A stretch of DNA of 64,000 nt. Origin: Amoebophrya sp. A120. Taxonomy: Eukaryota; Protista; Dinoflagellata. Numbering within the stretch: position 1 is the stretch's first letter; every line of letters starts with the position of its first letter. The stretch is taken from the NCBI GenBank assembly GCA_905178155.1, contig CAJINV010000028.1, positions 107,235 to 171,234 of the forward strand, given 5' to 3'. Below, one piece after another: positions 46,337-61,300 of this stretch. A model generated the notes under the pieces. The model made no database searches. It was not told the origin of the DNA and worked only from the letters and a program-made list of their open reading frames with translations. The translations under genes and the position numbers were made by a program.

Positions 46337-49300
46337 TCATGCCTGCGCAAATCTATATCTTTGATCGTAGTTGGTGTTGTGGTTAGAGTTACTGCTACTG
46401 CAACTGTCGTTGCCACTGCGACTGCAAGAAGCATCGTCGTGTTCGTGGCGTACTAGCATCGAAAAACAAAATTGCGCATTCCTACTAGAAGTGGATGAAC
46501 ATGAGTAGGCTCGAAGATCAACATGCACAACGCGGCCACTTTTCATGGGGTAATCTAGGCACTCGACAAGAGCCGGAATAAATCTGAGCTCTAGTTGCGC
46601 TAGCTGTGGACATAACTCCACCCGGGACAGTATGAAAGCAAAACAAACACCTCCACCTGGCTCACAGTCACACTCATCTCAAAGACGAGGTTCTACATAA
46701 AATCACGAGGCGCAGCATGTGCGCAACGACATCCGCAGAGGCAATCTGTACACTTCGTGCCTTTGTTGTAGTTCCGACGCGGAGCGCAAGCAAAAACTTC
46801 TAACCTAATCTCCGCTTGACATGCCATTTCTTTGGTTACTGGCACATGAAAATGATGAAAATTGAAAAGTATCCTAGGAGGTCGTTTTGGCCGATTGCAA
46901 AATCGTAAACAAATACAGCTCTCGGAGGAAGGGTTCCAGATGTGTGCCGATCGTGGCGCTCAAAATTTCGTCAACCATGCCTCGTCGCCCACGACTCCTG
47001 CCGAGCTTCTCATGTTGAAAATTTTTCGCGTTTCCTGTGCTCCTACCTCTTTTTCAAAATGATATCTCTTCGAGCGACCCGCCTGGTGTCGCAGGAACGA
47101 AGACGAGCTGGCGTTTTTACTGCCTGGATCACATGCATACTGAGATGGAGTCTTGGGAAAACACGAATTTCTGCTTGGTAGCACAGCTCCTGCCGCAGTC
47201 GGAAGTCGAGCTGCACACGAACCGCAATCCGGCGGAGCATCATTGCCAATAGGACAGGAGGCAAGATGAGATTGTCCTTCTTTTGCTCCTGCTGCGGCAA
47301 AGCAGGTGGAAGAGTCCCACTGTCGAACGGGCTGAAACTCTGCTTCTCTGTGGCTCGTGCCCTACTCATGAGCCGGGGGAACATACGGGAAAAAATTGCT
47401 TCCACTCTCTCTTGCATGCGGTCCCGAACATGTGTTTTCTGCCGGCTTGCTGCTGCGGCCCCGGGCGACGCTTGCAGGAATGCAGTCCCTGATTGTGCTC
47501 GCAGACTCCCCTGTCCTTCATGATGCTTCGCATCCGTGCTGCCGGCATCTGGTTCTGGGTCTTGTGTAGAACCAGCTCCGACCATTTCCTCTGCCGCATC
47601 CAAAACACGCACCGAGGCGCGCAACTCGAGGGAGGTATGCAGGCGAAACAGATCGGCAACCACAAGTCCTTTCATCTGGTTTTCCAGCCAAACCACTGAA
47701 GCAGAAGCACTGGCACTGTTGGTGGTCGAAGGAAGTTGTGAAACTGGTGCATCCACCACCTCCGTTCCTGGGCTGAGCGTGGATTCTTGCTGTGCTGCTG
47801 GCCTTTCTTCTGCACTCGCACCCAAGTTGTTCGCCACCGCAACGAACCGCTCCTTCTCGTGCTCGGTACGGCTGCGGCGATTTGAAAAAGGGTGATTGTC
47901 ATTGGCATTGTCGTTGTAGTCTTCTTCACCATATAATTCTGTAGGTCCTTCAGAAATCGCAAGTACCACATCGCCCTTCAACCGATCCCACAGTTCTTTA
48001 AGGCTCGCAGATTCCAGTTCCCGAGGAAAAAACCTTCCGTATCGCCGGCGCAGTACGATGCAGAAACGCTGCAGATGACTTATGGCCTCCTGTTCGAACG
48101 TGGCGCGGGAAGCGGAATCACTATCTTCATTACCGTGACTCGAAAACTCAACTGCGAACCCGAATTCGGCAAGTGACAGGTCTGGCTGGAGTGTTTCCAT
48201 CGCACGTCGGTTTGCATCCCGCTCAGCAGAGCTCACATGATCGAAATCAGAATATTTCAATCGGCACAAAACCTGTAGCCGCTCTGCCAGAGGGAGCTCC
48301 CGTAGGTAAACAGCTGTGCTGCATGACACTTCTTTCCCTGCGACAAGAACCGCGGCGTCTTCATCACGATTGCTGGTGGACGGCTTTGCTTCACCAGCGT
48401 CAGCGACGTCCATCACCACCGCTGTTCTGCGAACACCAAGTTGTATCTCTTGCACGGCCCATATGTCTAGGTTCTTTTTAGTGGCGCCAGACCCGCTCGT
48501 CTTCCCTGGCGCACTGGCGTCACCAAAGTCTAGGTTCTCACTGCGCTGCCTGCACGTAACAAGATGCTCGTCCAGCACTTCTCTCGTCGAAGACAGCGGA
48601 ATTTTTTGCGAAACGCCGCATTTCTCAATTAAATCCGTCAGAACGGTGCGGTTACCGAGAATTTCGCCACGGTAGGTGAAGGGAGCAAATCCTGTCTCTG
48701 CCATTTTGCCTCGGCCGGCTTGGCTTGAAGAGCCTGTTGTTCCGAGAAGTGCGGGCACTTGGCTGCGAATTTCGTTTCTTCGTTGCGCCAGCTTCGGTGT
48801 GTCCAAAAACACTTTCCCATCGATTGCGTGCTCTCGGATGTAGTTTTCCAGAAGTTCCCACGCCACACACAAGGAGCGACCAGAACTGCGGACACCGGGT
48901 TGGGAGTCGCGATGACTGTGTAGTTGCAATTTCGATGCTTGACTTTGTGTCCTTTCCCACTCACATGCAAAGCCACAGCAAAAGAACCCGGTCTTATGGA
49001 GCACCGATTCCGCGAACCAGGATGTGCTGAGAAGCTGGTTGCTTGTGAGACGCGGGACGTCTGTTAGGGGGACCGGGGCTGCTAAGGACGCAGCCGTAGC
49101 TGTCACGACGGTACGCGCGACGGGGATGATTCCGTTGTGCTGGCCGTGCCTAGTACAGAAAACTGCATCGGTGGAGTGCTGCTTTGCAATAGGAGAATTG
49201 ACCGTCCCTTCCGATGTGTTCGTCGTTGCAGCAATGCCGTTCTTGAGGTAGGAGAGCAAGAAGTCATTCTGAATATCAGCCAAAGCAGTAATTAGAAGCT

Positions 49301-52300
49301 TCAAGTACACATTCTCATCTTCCTCTCCATAACAACTGTAGATCAGGGGTGTGGTCAAACACATCTCGAATTTTGGCAACCGTTGACACTCGTGTCGTTC
49401 TAAGATGCCCCAGCGGCAAATCGCTTGATTCCAGACGGATGCAAACTCAGTAAACAGTTGTAGGGCACCGTCATCACACTCACACCTCACCGTGGTCCCG
49501 TCCCCGTTTTTTAGATCACGGGAGCGTGCCGTCCGATTATGATTAGGGGATGAAGACGGACAGAACTTGCACAGGAACATTTCCACCGAAAGATCGATGC
49601 GTGCTTCGTCCCGGGAAACACGGCCCTCCGCCTTTTCTTGCACTAGCTGCATCCATGCGACCACCTTTGGGATTGCGGCCACGAGCCCCATTGCCGCCAG
49701 TCGCCGATCGCCCTCGAGTTCCTGGCTTAGAAAATATCGCAACAACGGAAATTCGTGGTCGTGACTCCAAACACAAGTCGTTGACGAGGAAACCACGCCG
49801 TGAGGAGCGACCGCCGTACGATTGGCGTTGTCCATTTTCGTTGCGAGCTCGTAATCGGCGAAGGCGGTCTTAACGCACACCAGGAGATCCACGTCGGAAA
49901 ATCGGAGCGTTTTTCGCAGAAATCGGTGTTCCAACGTCTCCCTGGCTCTTGTGGCAGCGGCTTTCGCAACCGTGAGAGAATCTTCTACGCTAGATTGTTC
50001 AGCGGCTGTGCTGTCAGAGGATTCGATGGAAACCGTCAGCGGCGCATGCTGCTGTGCCTCGTTGCTTCCCAGCTCGCGGCTAGCAGCTGGTACCGATGGT
50101 GCCCAAATGCACTCATAAACTTCGGGGTTGCGTGTGTAGTCCCGGCGAGGCATATTGTAATCACGCCTCGCGTCACCGTGCACGCACCGATATTCCGGGT
50201 AGTCAAGCTGTTTAAACGGGTACCGCCTCGCGATTTCAAAGACAGGTCCGGAAGCAGACCTGAAACGAGTATTAGCTGCATCAGATGAGAACAATACGCG
50301 TTCGGCCAGAAGGTCGTTAATGCCGAAGCTGTGGTAATGGCAAAAGGAGTTCGACAAGGTAAACACCACCTTCCCGGTCTCCGGCCTCACTATTCTCCTC
50401 GCCAACGCGAAGAAGGCGCGCATCAGATCTCGGTGCGTCAGAGACCGGTCGTCGGGATCTGCAAACGGCATGTTGAACAGCAAAATGTCGACGTAACCCT
50501 CCGCGCCATCAACGGCAGGAGCTATGTGAGGATCTCCTGGACGATGGACTACACCCCGGAACGTTTGCATCACGTCCGCACAGTACTGCTTGATTGTCGA
50601 CACACAGTAGTCGGGCTCCTCGACGATGTCAATATCGCATTCCACGTGAAAGAGCGCGGTTTCGGGGTTGAAGGCTCGCTCGTAGATTCCACTGTAGCGG
50701 CCTAGCAGCTCGGCGCGCGTCTCCTTCGACGTCGCCACGTAGCATTGCTTCGAAACTCCATGTTTTCGACAATACGCCTGCGCAAAAGTAAAATTTCCAG
50801 CACCAATCTCGACGATAAGCGGTTGGTGTCTTCTTGCTCGATCGTCTCGGGATGTACTACTTGCGCCCCGCGCTCCATCCACTGTTTGCGGGCGCACTAC
50901 TTCGTCGATTTCCAACCGCAGCAAGTCGTTTTCGCCGTGACTGAGCTCCGCTAAAAATGAACGATGTTCTGCCGAAGCGGGGACTACAAAATCCTCCGCA
51001 AAGTTTCTTTCCCAAACAACGAGTTCCTCGAAATTGCGAATGCTCAAAGTAGTACGGTGAGCTCCGCTTTCGTCCTCGACCGCAGGATCGATGCTGCCCG
51101 TAGAAGTAGGCGACTCCTTGCCTCGTAGTTCAGGAGTACCTCCTGTTTGCTCGAGAAGTTTGCAGATGAGGCACATGAAAAATGAACACAACAGCTCCGG
51201 CCTCATGTCAAAGTAATGGAGCAAGGCCTGCCAATCAGCCTTGACATGGTGGACGTCAAACTTGGCCGCGTGCCCCAGGAGGTGCAAAACCAGAAACGCC
51301 TGTGGCGAAAGAGCTCTGGCACCACAAAGGGGATACTGGTGGTATGCGTGCTCCCAATAGCCGGCCCTGGTATCATTTTGGGTACTTCCAGTGCTCGATC
51401 CTGCCTCACGCGGGGACGGGCTCGTCCAGCTTTGTCGATTCGTCGCTTCCGTAGAAGTGGCCGCTGGGGTAAGCAACGTCCAGTTGTTAGGCCCTAGGAA
51501 GTTGCATTTCGGACACCTTTCATGGTCAAGAAAAAGGCCGTGCTGACCTCCCCCGATCGGCACACAGGACGTGTCCGTTGTTACCGTCTCTCCGCAGTTG
51601 GAACACAGGAGTGTTCGAAAGCTGTTCTTCATTCCAATTTTCTGCAAAGCATCACAATCGAGCTGCTCTGGCATTCCTGGCAGATAGACGCAGTTCCTCT
51701 CGTCCCAAAACTGCTTCGCGTTGTACTCCTTAATTGGTGCAAGCCGTGGAATCAAACACACCGCAGAGGCCTGTGCAAGCGAAATAAAAACGTAATCACA
51801 ACGTGGTTCTTTCTCCTCCTGCACGCGCAGACTAATACTAGAGGTAGAAGGGAGCAGCACACGGACCCTCCAATCCATGAAGCACACTGCGCAAATTTAT
51901 CGGCTAAAATGTGTCAGTTCAACAACCTGCAAAAAAACACAAAGATTGGAAAAATCCGAAAGGTCACAATACCAAATATTCTTCTATACGAGACTGAGCA
52001 GTTTCACCGGTGACATTTCATCAGTCCACGACGATATATCAATGACAAATTGGTATGCACATCTTCTGCATCTGCATCAAACATTGACATCTTTTGTCAC
52101 CGTCGCCGACTCTGGCCAGAATAATGAAAATAAGTTTCTTCCGCTTGCATAGAGCGCACAAGAGCATCGTCCACATACACAAGAGGTCCCCGTTTGCGGG
52201 AGCAACTGCGACTGCACCGTTTGCAGCAATTCTGTCCGCGGGTGGTGTTGCGGATTCACCAAATGTGCGGTCCAGCTGGTCGGCGACTTCGGCGGGAAGA

Positions 52301-55300
52301 TCCGACTGCTGCAGTGCCTTCAACCACCGATTCCCTTGGTGATCGGGCTGAGTGGCACTGAAGGTCGCGGCCACTCCGGACGCTACATCGAACAAGAGTC
52401 CCCCACCGCTCGTCCGACGCGATGTGCCGCATCCTGTTCCTGGCACCCTCCCGCCCCCGATGACGGGAACCTCGCGCTCGGACAGAGGTTGCGCTACAGC
52501 AGCTTTTTCCGCAACGCGGCGCAAAAGTGCTTGGGTCGCCGCTGCGCAAACTGCAAAACGCCGCGTCACGCTATCTGAGTCGTCCGCGCTGTAGCACAGC
52601 ACGCTCTGAGTCACCTCGAGCTCCTGGCGTTGCATGTGCAGTAACTCTGCAGTTCTGGACCTGCCGGAGCCGGGCGTGCCCTCCGCCATCAACTTCTCGT
52701 CAAGCCGGTCTTCGAAGTGACGCACCAATTCAACTGCCTGTGGCAGAAACTGGTGCAGAATGATGGAATTCTGACGGCCTCGATGGGTTGGGGGCACATT
52801 TTGCGTTTCGCCCGTCAACGAAACAGGGCCCCCAGTTGCAGTGCCCGCTCCGGCGAAGCAGTATTGAGAGGTTGGTTCCTGCTGCGAGTCGGGCTCGTCT
52901 GGGTGCTTCGCTGACAAAATTCGTCCCAGACCGGCAAAGTTATCGAGCACGAAATCAAGAGTCAAGACCTTCGATAGATACACTGCACATGGCCGATCGT
53001 GGCAGAGCGTCAGAAGCATCCGCTGCAGATAATAGTCCGTGTGTCGCCGGCCCTCGCCGAAAGAACATCCGGCCTCATCCGAGCTGCCTTCTCGCTGTGA
53101 CTGCGCAGAGGTGCTTCTGCTCCACACGGAGTGCTGACGTTGACCTCCTGCCTCGAGCAAAAACTCGTCCTTTCGCCGGTGATTTAACACTTCTGCAAGT
53201 ATACGCACCCACAAAGATCGCAAGAAAGTCAAACGGACACTCGGAGACCACCTTGGGGATGCGGACTCTAGTATTCCCGCCGTATCGTTTGGCGCCGCAC
53301 GCGCAGATGCTACTTCCGCTCCTGGCCCTGTCTCGAAATCAGAATCCAGTTTATCTTGGAGTCGTTGGAGTTCCGTGCACAACCTCTCTACTGCAAGAAG
53401 GCTTTCCTTGGTGCACCAACGCGAGGTTGGTGCTTGGTTACATCTTTTGCCATCGACCTTCAGTGCTGCTTTCGCGATCAGATCCAACACGACAGGCAAC
53501 AAGATCATGCTTGGGTGTTGTTGAAAATGAAATTTGGTGGAAGCTCCTCCTGCCGCGGATTCTACGGGCTCCATCCCAATCAACTGCACCCCGCCCACAG
53601 CCTGGTTTGCGTTCAAAGTAGTTTCTAATCGCTCGAACAAGGACTCCAGGTACGTCACAAGCAGCGACGCCCGTTGCCCCACACTTGATGCGGCTGTCGT
53701 ATCTGTGGTGCTGTTCCGTGCGGCTCGCAGCACTAGGGCATCCGGGTCATGCAGCAGCTCCTCCAAGTCATCCACTGATATGCGTGGCCGCAGGACGCAC
53801 GCAGTGATGCTTACAAGTCTTTGATGCTCCAATTCCGCTTGCAGTGCAGCTCTACTGCTTGCGCCACAGTCCTCTGCGTCCTCTCTTGGGGCTTCCCCGC
53901 AGAACTCGACCGCCGCGAGTTCCTGCAGGATCGTAGTAACCAATTCGCTGCTCGTCCTCCTCGTGAGCACCTTTTCGTCCTGCTTCTGAAAACGAGACTC
54001 AACGCAAGAAGCTGCTTTTGTAACGCGAGCACTTGTCGGAAATTCTGCGTCCGAATACTCGGCGTAAGCACAGCTTTGCCTATGATCTGCAGTATCGTAC
54101 CTATGTAATGTTTCCAACGCAAGATGTAGCATCAACCAAGATTTCTCGCGGTGCAGCAGGGTCTTGCCGGATCCAATCAAAGTCTCCTCGATAAAGTGTG
54201 GCAAGGTCGAATAAGTCGGTGCTGGATACCCGCGCAGCAATGCAATCCGGAGGACATCAAGGCCTAGAAAGTGACACTTGTTGCTGTCGCTTTTCGTCAC
54301 GATCTCTGCGGGCGAAGTGGATGCACAGGACAGGCTTTTGAGAGTGTAATCTGCGGCGCCGTGGTTCCCCATCGCAATCTGCTGAGCGAAGCCGAGGACG
54401 CGTGTCGCGCAAGCGGTCCACACTGTTCTGCGCGCTTTTTCGCAAGAAAGGTCGGTCGTCTTTTTCCTTTCGGGGCTGCCAACATGTCCAGGCTGCTGGG
54501 TGTCACCCTCACTGCATTTCCGAGTGAAGAGGCTGCTGTCATTGTCGTCAAACTTGATCATCTCCCAGACACACGCCTCCAGAAAGCCACCGGCTGCTAG
54601 ATCCTGGAATTTTTCGTTCAACAAAAGCCCCGCTGGCATCATTGACAGGAGCTGCATACACTGCAAGACGCGCTCCTTCTCAGTGGCCACGAACAGGTGC
54701 ACGTGGTATAGCCGAGAACTGGCGCGACGCCTGGGAGTCCATTTCCCCCCGATTTTCAGCCATTCGAGGTACTGTCCAAGCACAAGCTGCTGCTGCTTTT
54801 CCGAGGTTAGATGACAATTGCCCGCGTATTTTTCCGTAAATACACCTCCGACAAAGCCCACACGTAACACATCGAGCTCGTAGTCAGAGATTGCTTGCTT
54901 CATCTTTCCAAACTTCTTAGAACACAGCTGCACTGGATTTTTCTCAACATTCGGCGGAGTGCCTTCTTCGCCGTCACTGCCGCTGCCGAGAGCAGATGCG
55001 TCGTGGACGTCGGCAATACCTGAGCTATCTTCCACGAACTCTTTGATCCAGAGCCAGATCTCCATGCCGACGTACCGGGGAGCAACAATCTGATCAAATT
55101 CTCTTTCACCCGGCAGTTGCTTCTGCTGTTGCAGGCCGTCGCCCTGCAACGCTTGGCTGATCCGGTCGGCAATGAATTTTACGAATGGTGTGCTGATCAA
55201 CCGCACTGGTGCGGTCCAGCCTTCCTTGTTGTTCGTTTTTGCACTTCTTGCAACACGAGTTTCGCAGGAAAAGAACTCCGGCGGCAAGCGAAGGTCGTAA

Positions 55301-58300
55301 CATTCGGGGCCGCTTGGGTCGGCAACTTGCTGGAGCGGCATGTCGTCTTCTTCGTTCCGGGTGCCGAGTACGAAGCGTGCTGCGTCAAACCACTGGAGGC
55401 GTCGCATCGTCTTCCCTGTGCCGCTCTGCTCGATCGCGAGCAAGGAACCGAGCGCGCAGTGCTTTTCCATAAAAAACAACCACTTTGCGAGGCTCCGGTG
55501 CACCAGTCCAGAAAAGAATTCGCTGACTGCCTCACTGATTTGGGAAAATTGCCGGAGGTAGCGATCGTCATTCTGAAAAATTTCTTCAAACCAGCGCATC
55601 TTTTTCGAGAAGTCAGTATTTGCTGCACCGGAGTGAGATGAATCCGGCTCGCCCCCGTAATCGAGCTCGTAAAACTCACCAATCACGGGAAAGCACGCTT
55701 GTTCGGCAATGAACTTGACCAGCTCTTTGTCCTGCAAGATGAAGTGGTGTAACTCGTTTTGGTGCTGGAGTGGCGCTGCACCAGCTGGGTACCGCAAGTG
55801 CTCGAAACACGTCGCGAGCTTGCGCTCTAGGAGGCTTTGGAAGAAATCGTGGGTGGAGGACAGAACATATCGCACAGACCACTGCTCGCGCAGCGCTCGC
55901 ACGAATGGAAATCTCTCTGCGTAGACCGCAGGAGCTTTCGTGCCTGTGCCTCTCCTGGGCGGTAATGCAGCTTCCGCTGGCAGTGTTTTCATCACACATT
56001 GTGCTGACGACGAGATCGCTTCGCCCGGATCGCACGTCGTCACGGATCCGGCGGTTTTCCTCTCGGAAGATGCATCCACCAGCACGTCGTGCACGTCTTC
56101 AACCAGGCTCAGCTGCCATCCAGAAAGGAAGTTAAAGCCGCCAGGGAGTGTGTCTTGCCGGTCTCTTTTTGATAGGTGGACGAATAGGACGCAACACCGT
56201 GCGCGTCCCGCATGCTCCTTTACCAGTGTGAGATGTGGCGAGTCGGCGTGGCACTGTAGAACCAGAAAGCGTTCGCTTCTTGCTGAAGATGGAGCAGCTT
56301 TGACATCAGACGGAGCGGCACCACATAGTTTGTTATGATCCGTAACAATTCGCTCCAGATCGCGCTCTCTGCCAAAGGCGTCGGCGTTGTGCACCTCAGC
56401 CAAAGAAACCAGCTGCTTGTTGCGCAAGCGCAAGGACTTTGTGGTCTTCAGACAGCCCTCCTTGGAGAAGGTAAAGACTACAACTTTGGTACTCAAGTTC
56501 CTGCTATCCTGATCCTGCTCGATTGTATGCTCCATCGAGGACCTCTTATCAAGAGTTGAGGAATTTTCGCCATTCAAACGGCTTATCTCGGTCGGCATTA
56601 GGACTGCTCGTTCGGCACCGAAGAATCGCTCGAAGTACTGATTGCACCAAGCAAGCGTATTCTCATCATCCCATTGTGCGGCCTCACTGTAGCGTTCGGT
56701 GCGGAGCACCCCATCGCAGATTGCAAGCGGTAGGAGCAGCGCCCAGGCGAGTTCCAGTATCTTTCCCATCCTCATGGAGTGCCACTCCTGCTTCTGTGAA
56801 TCCAAGTCTAGTTGCTCCGCCCGCTGTGGCTTACCCCAGACGGTGTCCTGGGGCAAATGCAAACCATTCTGCGACCACCCAAAAGTCGGCAAATCGGCAC
56901 CAGCCAAAGAGCTATCTCGGTTTGTCGCTGGTCCACTAGTAGTGTCTGTTCTGCGCAACACAGCGTCGACGTGCTTGTCCAGAAAAAGCACGAGAGAGGC
57001 AAGCACGCACTCGTCAGCGCCCAAGCACACCTGCCAATTGGAGCTAGGGGCGTCGGTGCGTGGTCTTGCTCCACTGGAGGCTCCAGCGTCTCGTATCTGC
57101 CGCCGAAGTTGCTTTGCCAGATCTTGCAAGTCCTCGCGGCCCCGCAAGTAGTCCTCTACAGAGTGCACAAAGTGTTTCTCTGCCCGATTCAGAAACGCCA
57201 CGTCCACTCTTGTTGGATCGTCCAAGAGGATGACGCAGCGAAATTTTGGATGCACCACAACCTTCTTGTGAATGTCCGCGAGGGCAATGCGGCAACGAAG
57301 CTCGGCGTCACTCGATCATCACGCTGAGAGCACTGTGGTTTGCTTCAAAGCTCAAGGTCAAGGTACGATACAACGAAATGCAAGACATAAATCATAAACA
57401 TGCAACACAAGATAAGGCAAAGAGAAATCTTAAATGTCTGCTCATCAAAGGCGGAGCTTGTCAGCTCTACTGTGGCTAAACTTTTCATTCCGACGTGGCT
57501 CCGAAGGATGCGAGGACGACATCAAAGCCATGCGTACGCTCGGATTCAAAAGCCACTTGGTTGACAGTCACCACTCACGAAGACGGAAGAATAAGAAAAG
57601 CGTAGCTGCATGCAAAATAATTATCGTTAGGGGACCCTTGTTCGTAACCTGCAGATGGCTAGTAAAGATGCACGGCCACAGTTTGCTCATGTTGATAACG
57701 TGCGTTCATAATTCATGTTCAAGACATGAAACAGAGAGCCGTAGATCACATCGAGGTCGCGGAGCACAGCGATTGTGCCGCTTTCCATGCAGTGCATGAA
57801 CCGGTTTAGGACATCGGACGCGTAGCTTGCCGATTCTGAAACGGCGTCTTTCGGGAAAACGGAGCCCACAAACAATTCGCAGGGCTGACCGTGGCTCTCG
57901 CTGGCGAGGCGAACCAAGTCCAGTGCAATCTCGTAGTGTGCGGTCGACTTGCACACTAACAGCAGATGGCGCGCTTGATGCCCGGCTACAAAGTTCTTCG
58001 CGAGCATCTCCGGCAGGGTAAAGGATCGCATCTGGTTTTCGGCTTTATGGAACTCCGGATCGTTTTGCGGCAACTGCAGACACTGCAAAAACTCACTCTT
58101 CTCTCCGTTAGACGTCAGCCCTCCGAAGTTGCGCTGGGCGGCTTCGAAGAGAAACTGCAAGTAATTCGCCGGTTGGAGCTGGAGTGCGTGCTGTGATGGT
58201 CCAGTGGTGCGCTGAACGTGGGTGCGCGCAATGCTGCAGAAGGACTTTACGAAAAAGTAAAAGTCACGCAGCCCATGGAAATCAGGCATCTTCTGCTGCA

Positions 58301-61300
58301 AGTAATATCCCCGGTACGAGTTCACCATTATGTCCCGAACCTTTTCTTTGCAATACTGGGCCTTCGCAGTCTGTCCGACATTCTGCGGAGCCTCGAAAGC
58401 TTTTGTTCTGTCAAGTAGCTCGGCCGCGATATTTCTCAAGTCTGCGGGCTCCGGCATCGGCAGATTGATGGTTAGCCCCCGGCTCATCTTTGCGGCGTCC
58501 AGCTGGTCGTTCGAGAGCGCCACAAAAGCAAACTCAGGCTTTCGCAGCTTTGACTGCGCCGGCTCGAGCCAACTGTGCAGTACCTTCAGTGGGTTGTTTG
58601 GGCTCTGCTCCGCAAGCCCGATCTCGTCGAAGTGAAATAAAACGATGGTATCCTTGGGACTGAAATTCAAGGTGCTCTGGGACCGTGTGACCGCCGGCGC
58701 ACTGGCTGACGCACCGGGATGCTGCCTCGATACGCCCATAGTACTTGGCGCTGCTCCTCCAGCTGGAACTGTGTTCCCGGACCCGGACGCGGCTTCCGAA
58801 CCTCCCTGGCTCTTGCCATCATACGATTGTTGCATTTTCTGTGCTTGTTGAAAGCGGCGTTCTATGCCAGCACTGTTTGAGACGTCGCTCCCCTGGTAAG
58901 ACACCACATACAATTTGGGCATGTACTGCCAAAAGGGCATGTAAGACTCCTTGCCCTTCAGATTGCTGTCAATGATATTCAGCGCCAGGGACTTCGACAT
59001 TCCAGGCTTGCCTACGAGATACACTGGGTCGCGGTTCAACAGCCCAATCACGCTGACATAAATGTTCTCTGCGAGGGTGTTCGTCACGACCACGTCTGGC
59101 GGCAGCCGCATTAACTCGACCATTTTCTCGTGCTGCTCGCGATGCCAGTAGGACAAAAGGAAATCTTCGTATTCGCAGTGCCTCTTGACCTCCTCCCAGC
59201 TTCGAAATTTGCCCTCGTATTTTTGTTTTGCATAGAAAAACTCGTAAAGTACTGGCGATCGGGCTGTTTTTTCTCGCGTGCGCATCGTGTCTTGGAGTAA
59301 TCTTCGATACTCACGCCGCTGCTTTGCGTCCGGAATGCGAGAGTGGTAACACATCATGAGCCCGAAAAGCGTGGCGCTTAGTAACAAAATGTTTGGCATC
59401 AGCATGTAAGGCAGGTCAAACTCGCCTTTGTAGCTCTGCTTGCCAACATTCTCGTTGTGTAGCGTTACCAGAATCGTCTCTCGTGTCTTGTAGAAATGCA
59501 CCAAAAAATAGATCAGTTCCACGCATCGCTTGATGTCCCGCAGGCTCACCAGATAGTTGGGAAAGCGCTCAGTAATGAATTTTTGCGAGACCCAGAGCAG
59601 CCGGGTCAGGTCGTCCGCGAAGGTCGTGCGCTCTTCACTGCTCTGTCCGAACAAAGACTTAAACCTGGTACAGAAGAGCGACGCGCTGTTGTAGCCACTC
59701 TTATCTTTCCACCAAAACTTCATTTGCCCGACGTTGTCCAAGCGCTGCGCAAGCCCTTTGCACATAATTCGCACGTACTGCTCTTCCTCTGCGGGGCCAA
59801 GTTTGCCGAAATCGTACATGAACAGCATCAATTTCTCTGGCAGCGGATGCACCGAATACACTAAATTTGCGAACTTGCGGCGCGCGTTAGACGTCGACCC
59901 GGCGATGGCTTTTTCGTCAGCACTGATTTGATCACACGTGCCGATGCCGCCCTCGCTAGCAAGCACCTTTCGTTGAACGGAAGTAGAAAGTGATGTTTTT
60001 TTCTCTTCTCGCAACCGGTACGGATTTGCAGCGGCGAGAAAAACCAAGTTCTCCGCGAGCGGATATCCCCGGAGACGGCGATCCACCATGACGTCTGCGA
60101 TAACGCCTTGGTGCGCACAGGTATTGATCTCGTCGAGAAACACCCACACCTCTTGCGCATGCGACGCCTCATTTCTGGCCAGGTTGTCTGCTCTTTCAAC
60201 AAAGTCCAGGATGTCCTTTGCGCCAATACCCGCGTGGACGGGCAAGTCGAGAAACTGGACGCCCAAAATTTTCGCAAGCGTCTGCAACAGCGACGTCTTT
60301 CCGCATCCTGTCTCTCCTACGAGAATTACCGGCATCCGCGCTTCCGCACGCAGGGCCACACGAATCATCTTGAGAAAATTGTCCGGCGTTACCACATAGT
60401 TTGCTGCGATCTCTTCCAAAGCTTCCTCCTTCAACGGCACCGCAGCATTACCCACCACCTTCCACACCTCACGAATCAGCTCGCGTGTCGACATGTCACG
60501 GTACTTTGGTAACGGTTTTTTTTGTGTTTGGAGGAGACGCAGACAGCTGGAAAAGTGCGCATCCTTCCTAGCCGCAGTCTCGTCTCGCGCAAGAGGAGAA
60601 ACCGTCTGCCTGCCATTGCGATGAAACACCAGCATCGGAGCTAATTTGGACCAAGGGATCACATCCATGCCGCATTGCGAAACATGGTTATGAAGATTCT
60701 CCAATGTGGTGTGATTCTTGATGTGGAACTGCATCTGTTTTCGCAGGACAATCAGGTCCACTGACAGCTCACAAAAATCCAACACGAACCGTATGAGGCC
60801 TCGCACCACCTCGCTTCGCAGCCGTCTCGCGGATTCTTCTATCGCCTGCATTTGCGATGCGACGCTGTCGACTCGAAAGAAAACACTGTAATGAAAAGCC
60901 ACGAATTGCGCCGCAAGGATCGCCAATGCGCTCTGCAGTTGGGCAAAGCTCTGAATCTTCGGTGCAGGAAGGTTCGCCTCCTGAGCCACGACAGAGGCGG
61001 TTGCGCGGTCTTGAGAAAAGATGGCGTCGGCGCTGGTGGTGTCCTCGGATAGAGATTTCACGCCCAAATATTTCCTGAACAAGGCACGAATTTTGGAAGT
61101 CGGAATGCAGGTTGTGGCCATTTCGTTCAGCTTGCGAGCTGCAGTTCTCGGTGTCGCCGCGGCTGTTGTAGTAGGTGAAAATAGATCCAGGTCTGTCGTG
61201 TCGATCTTCGGGCGGCAGGGATCTGCGTCGGACCTCACATCGAGAGCGGCAAGCGTTTTTGCCACAATTTGGTCAGCGCTTTGCGGATCCTGTGAAGGCA

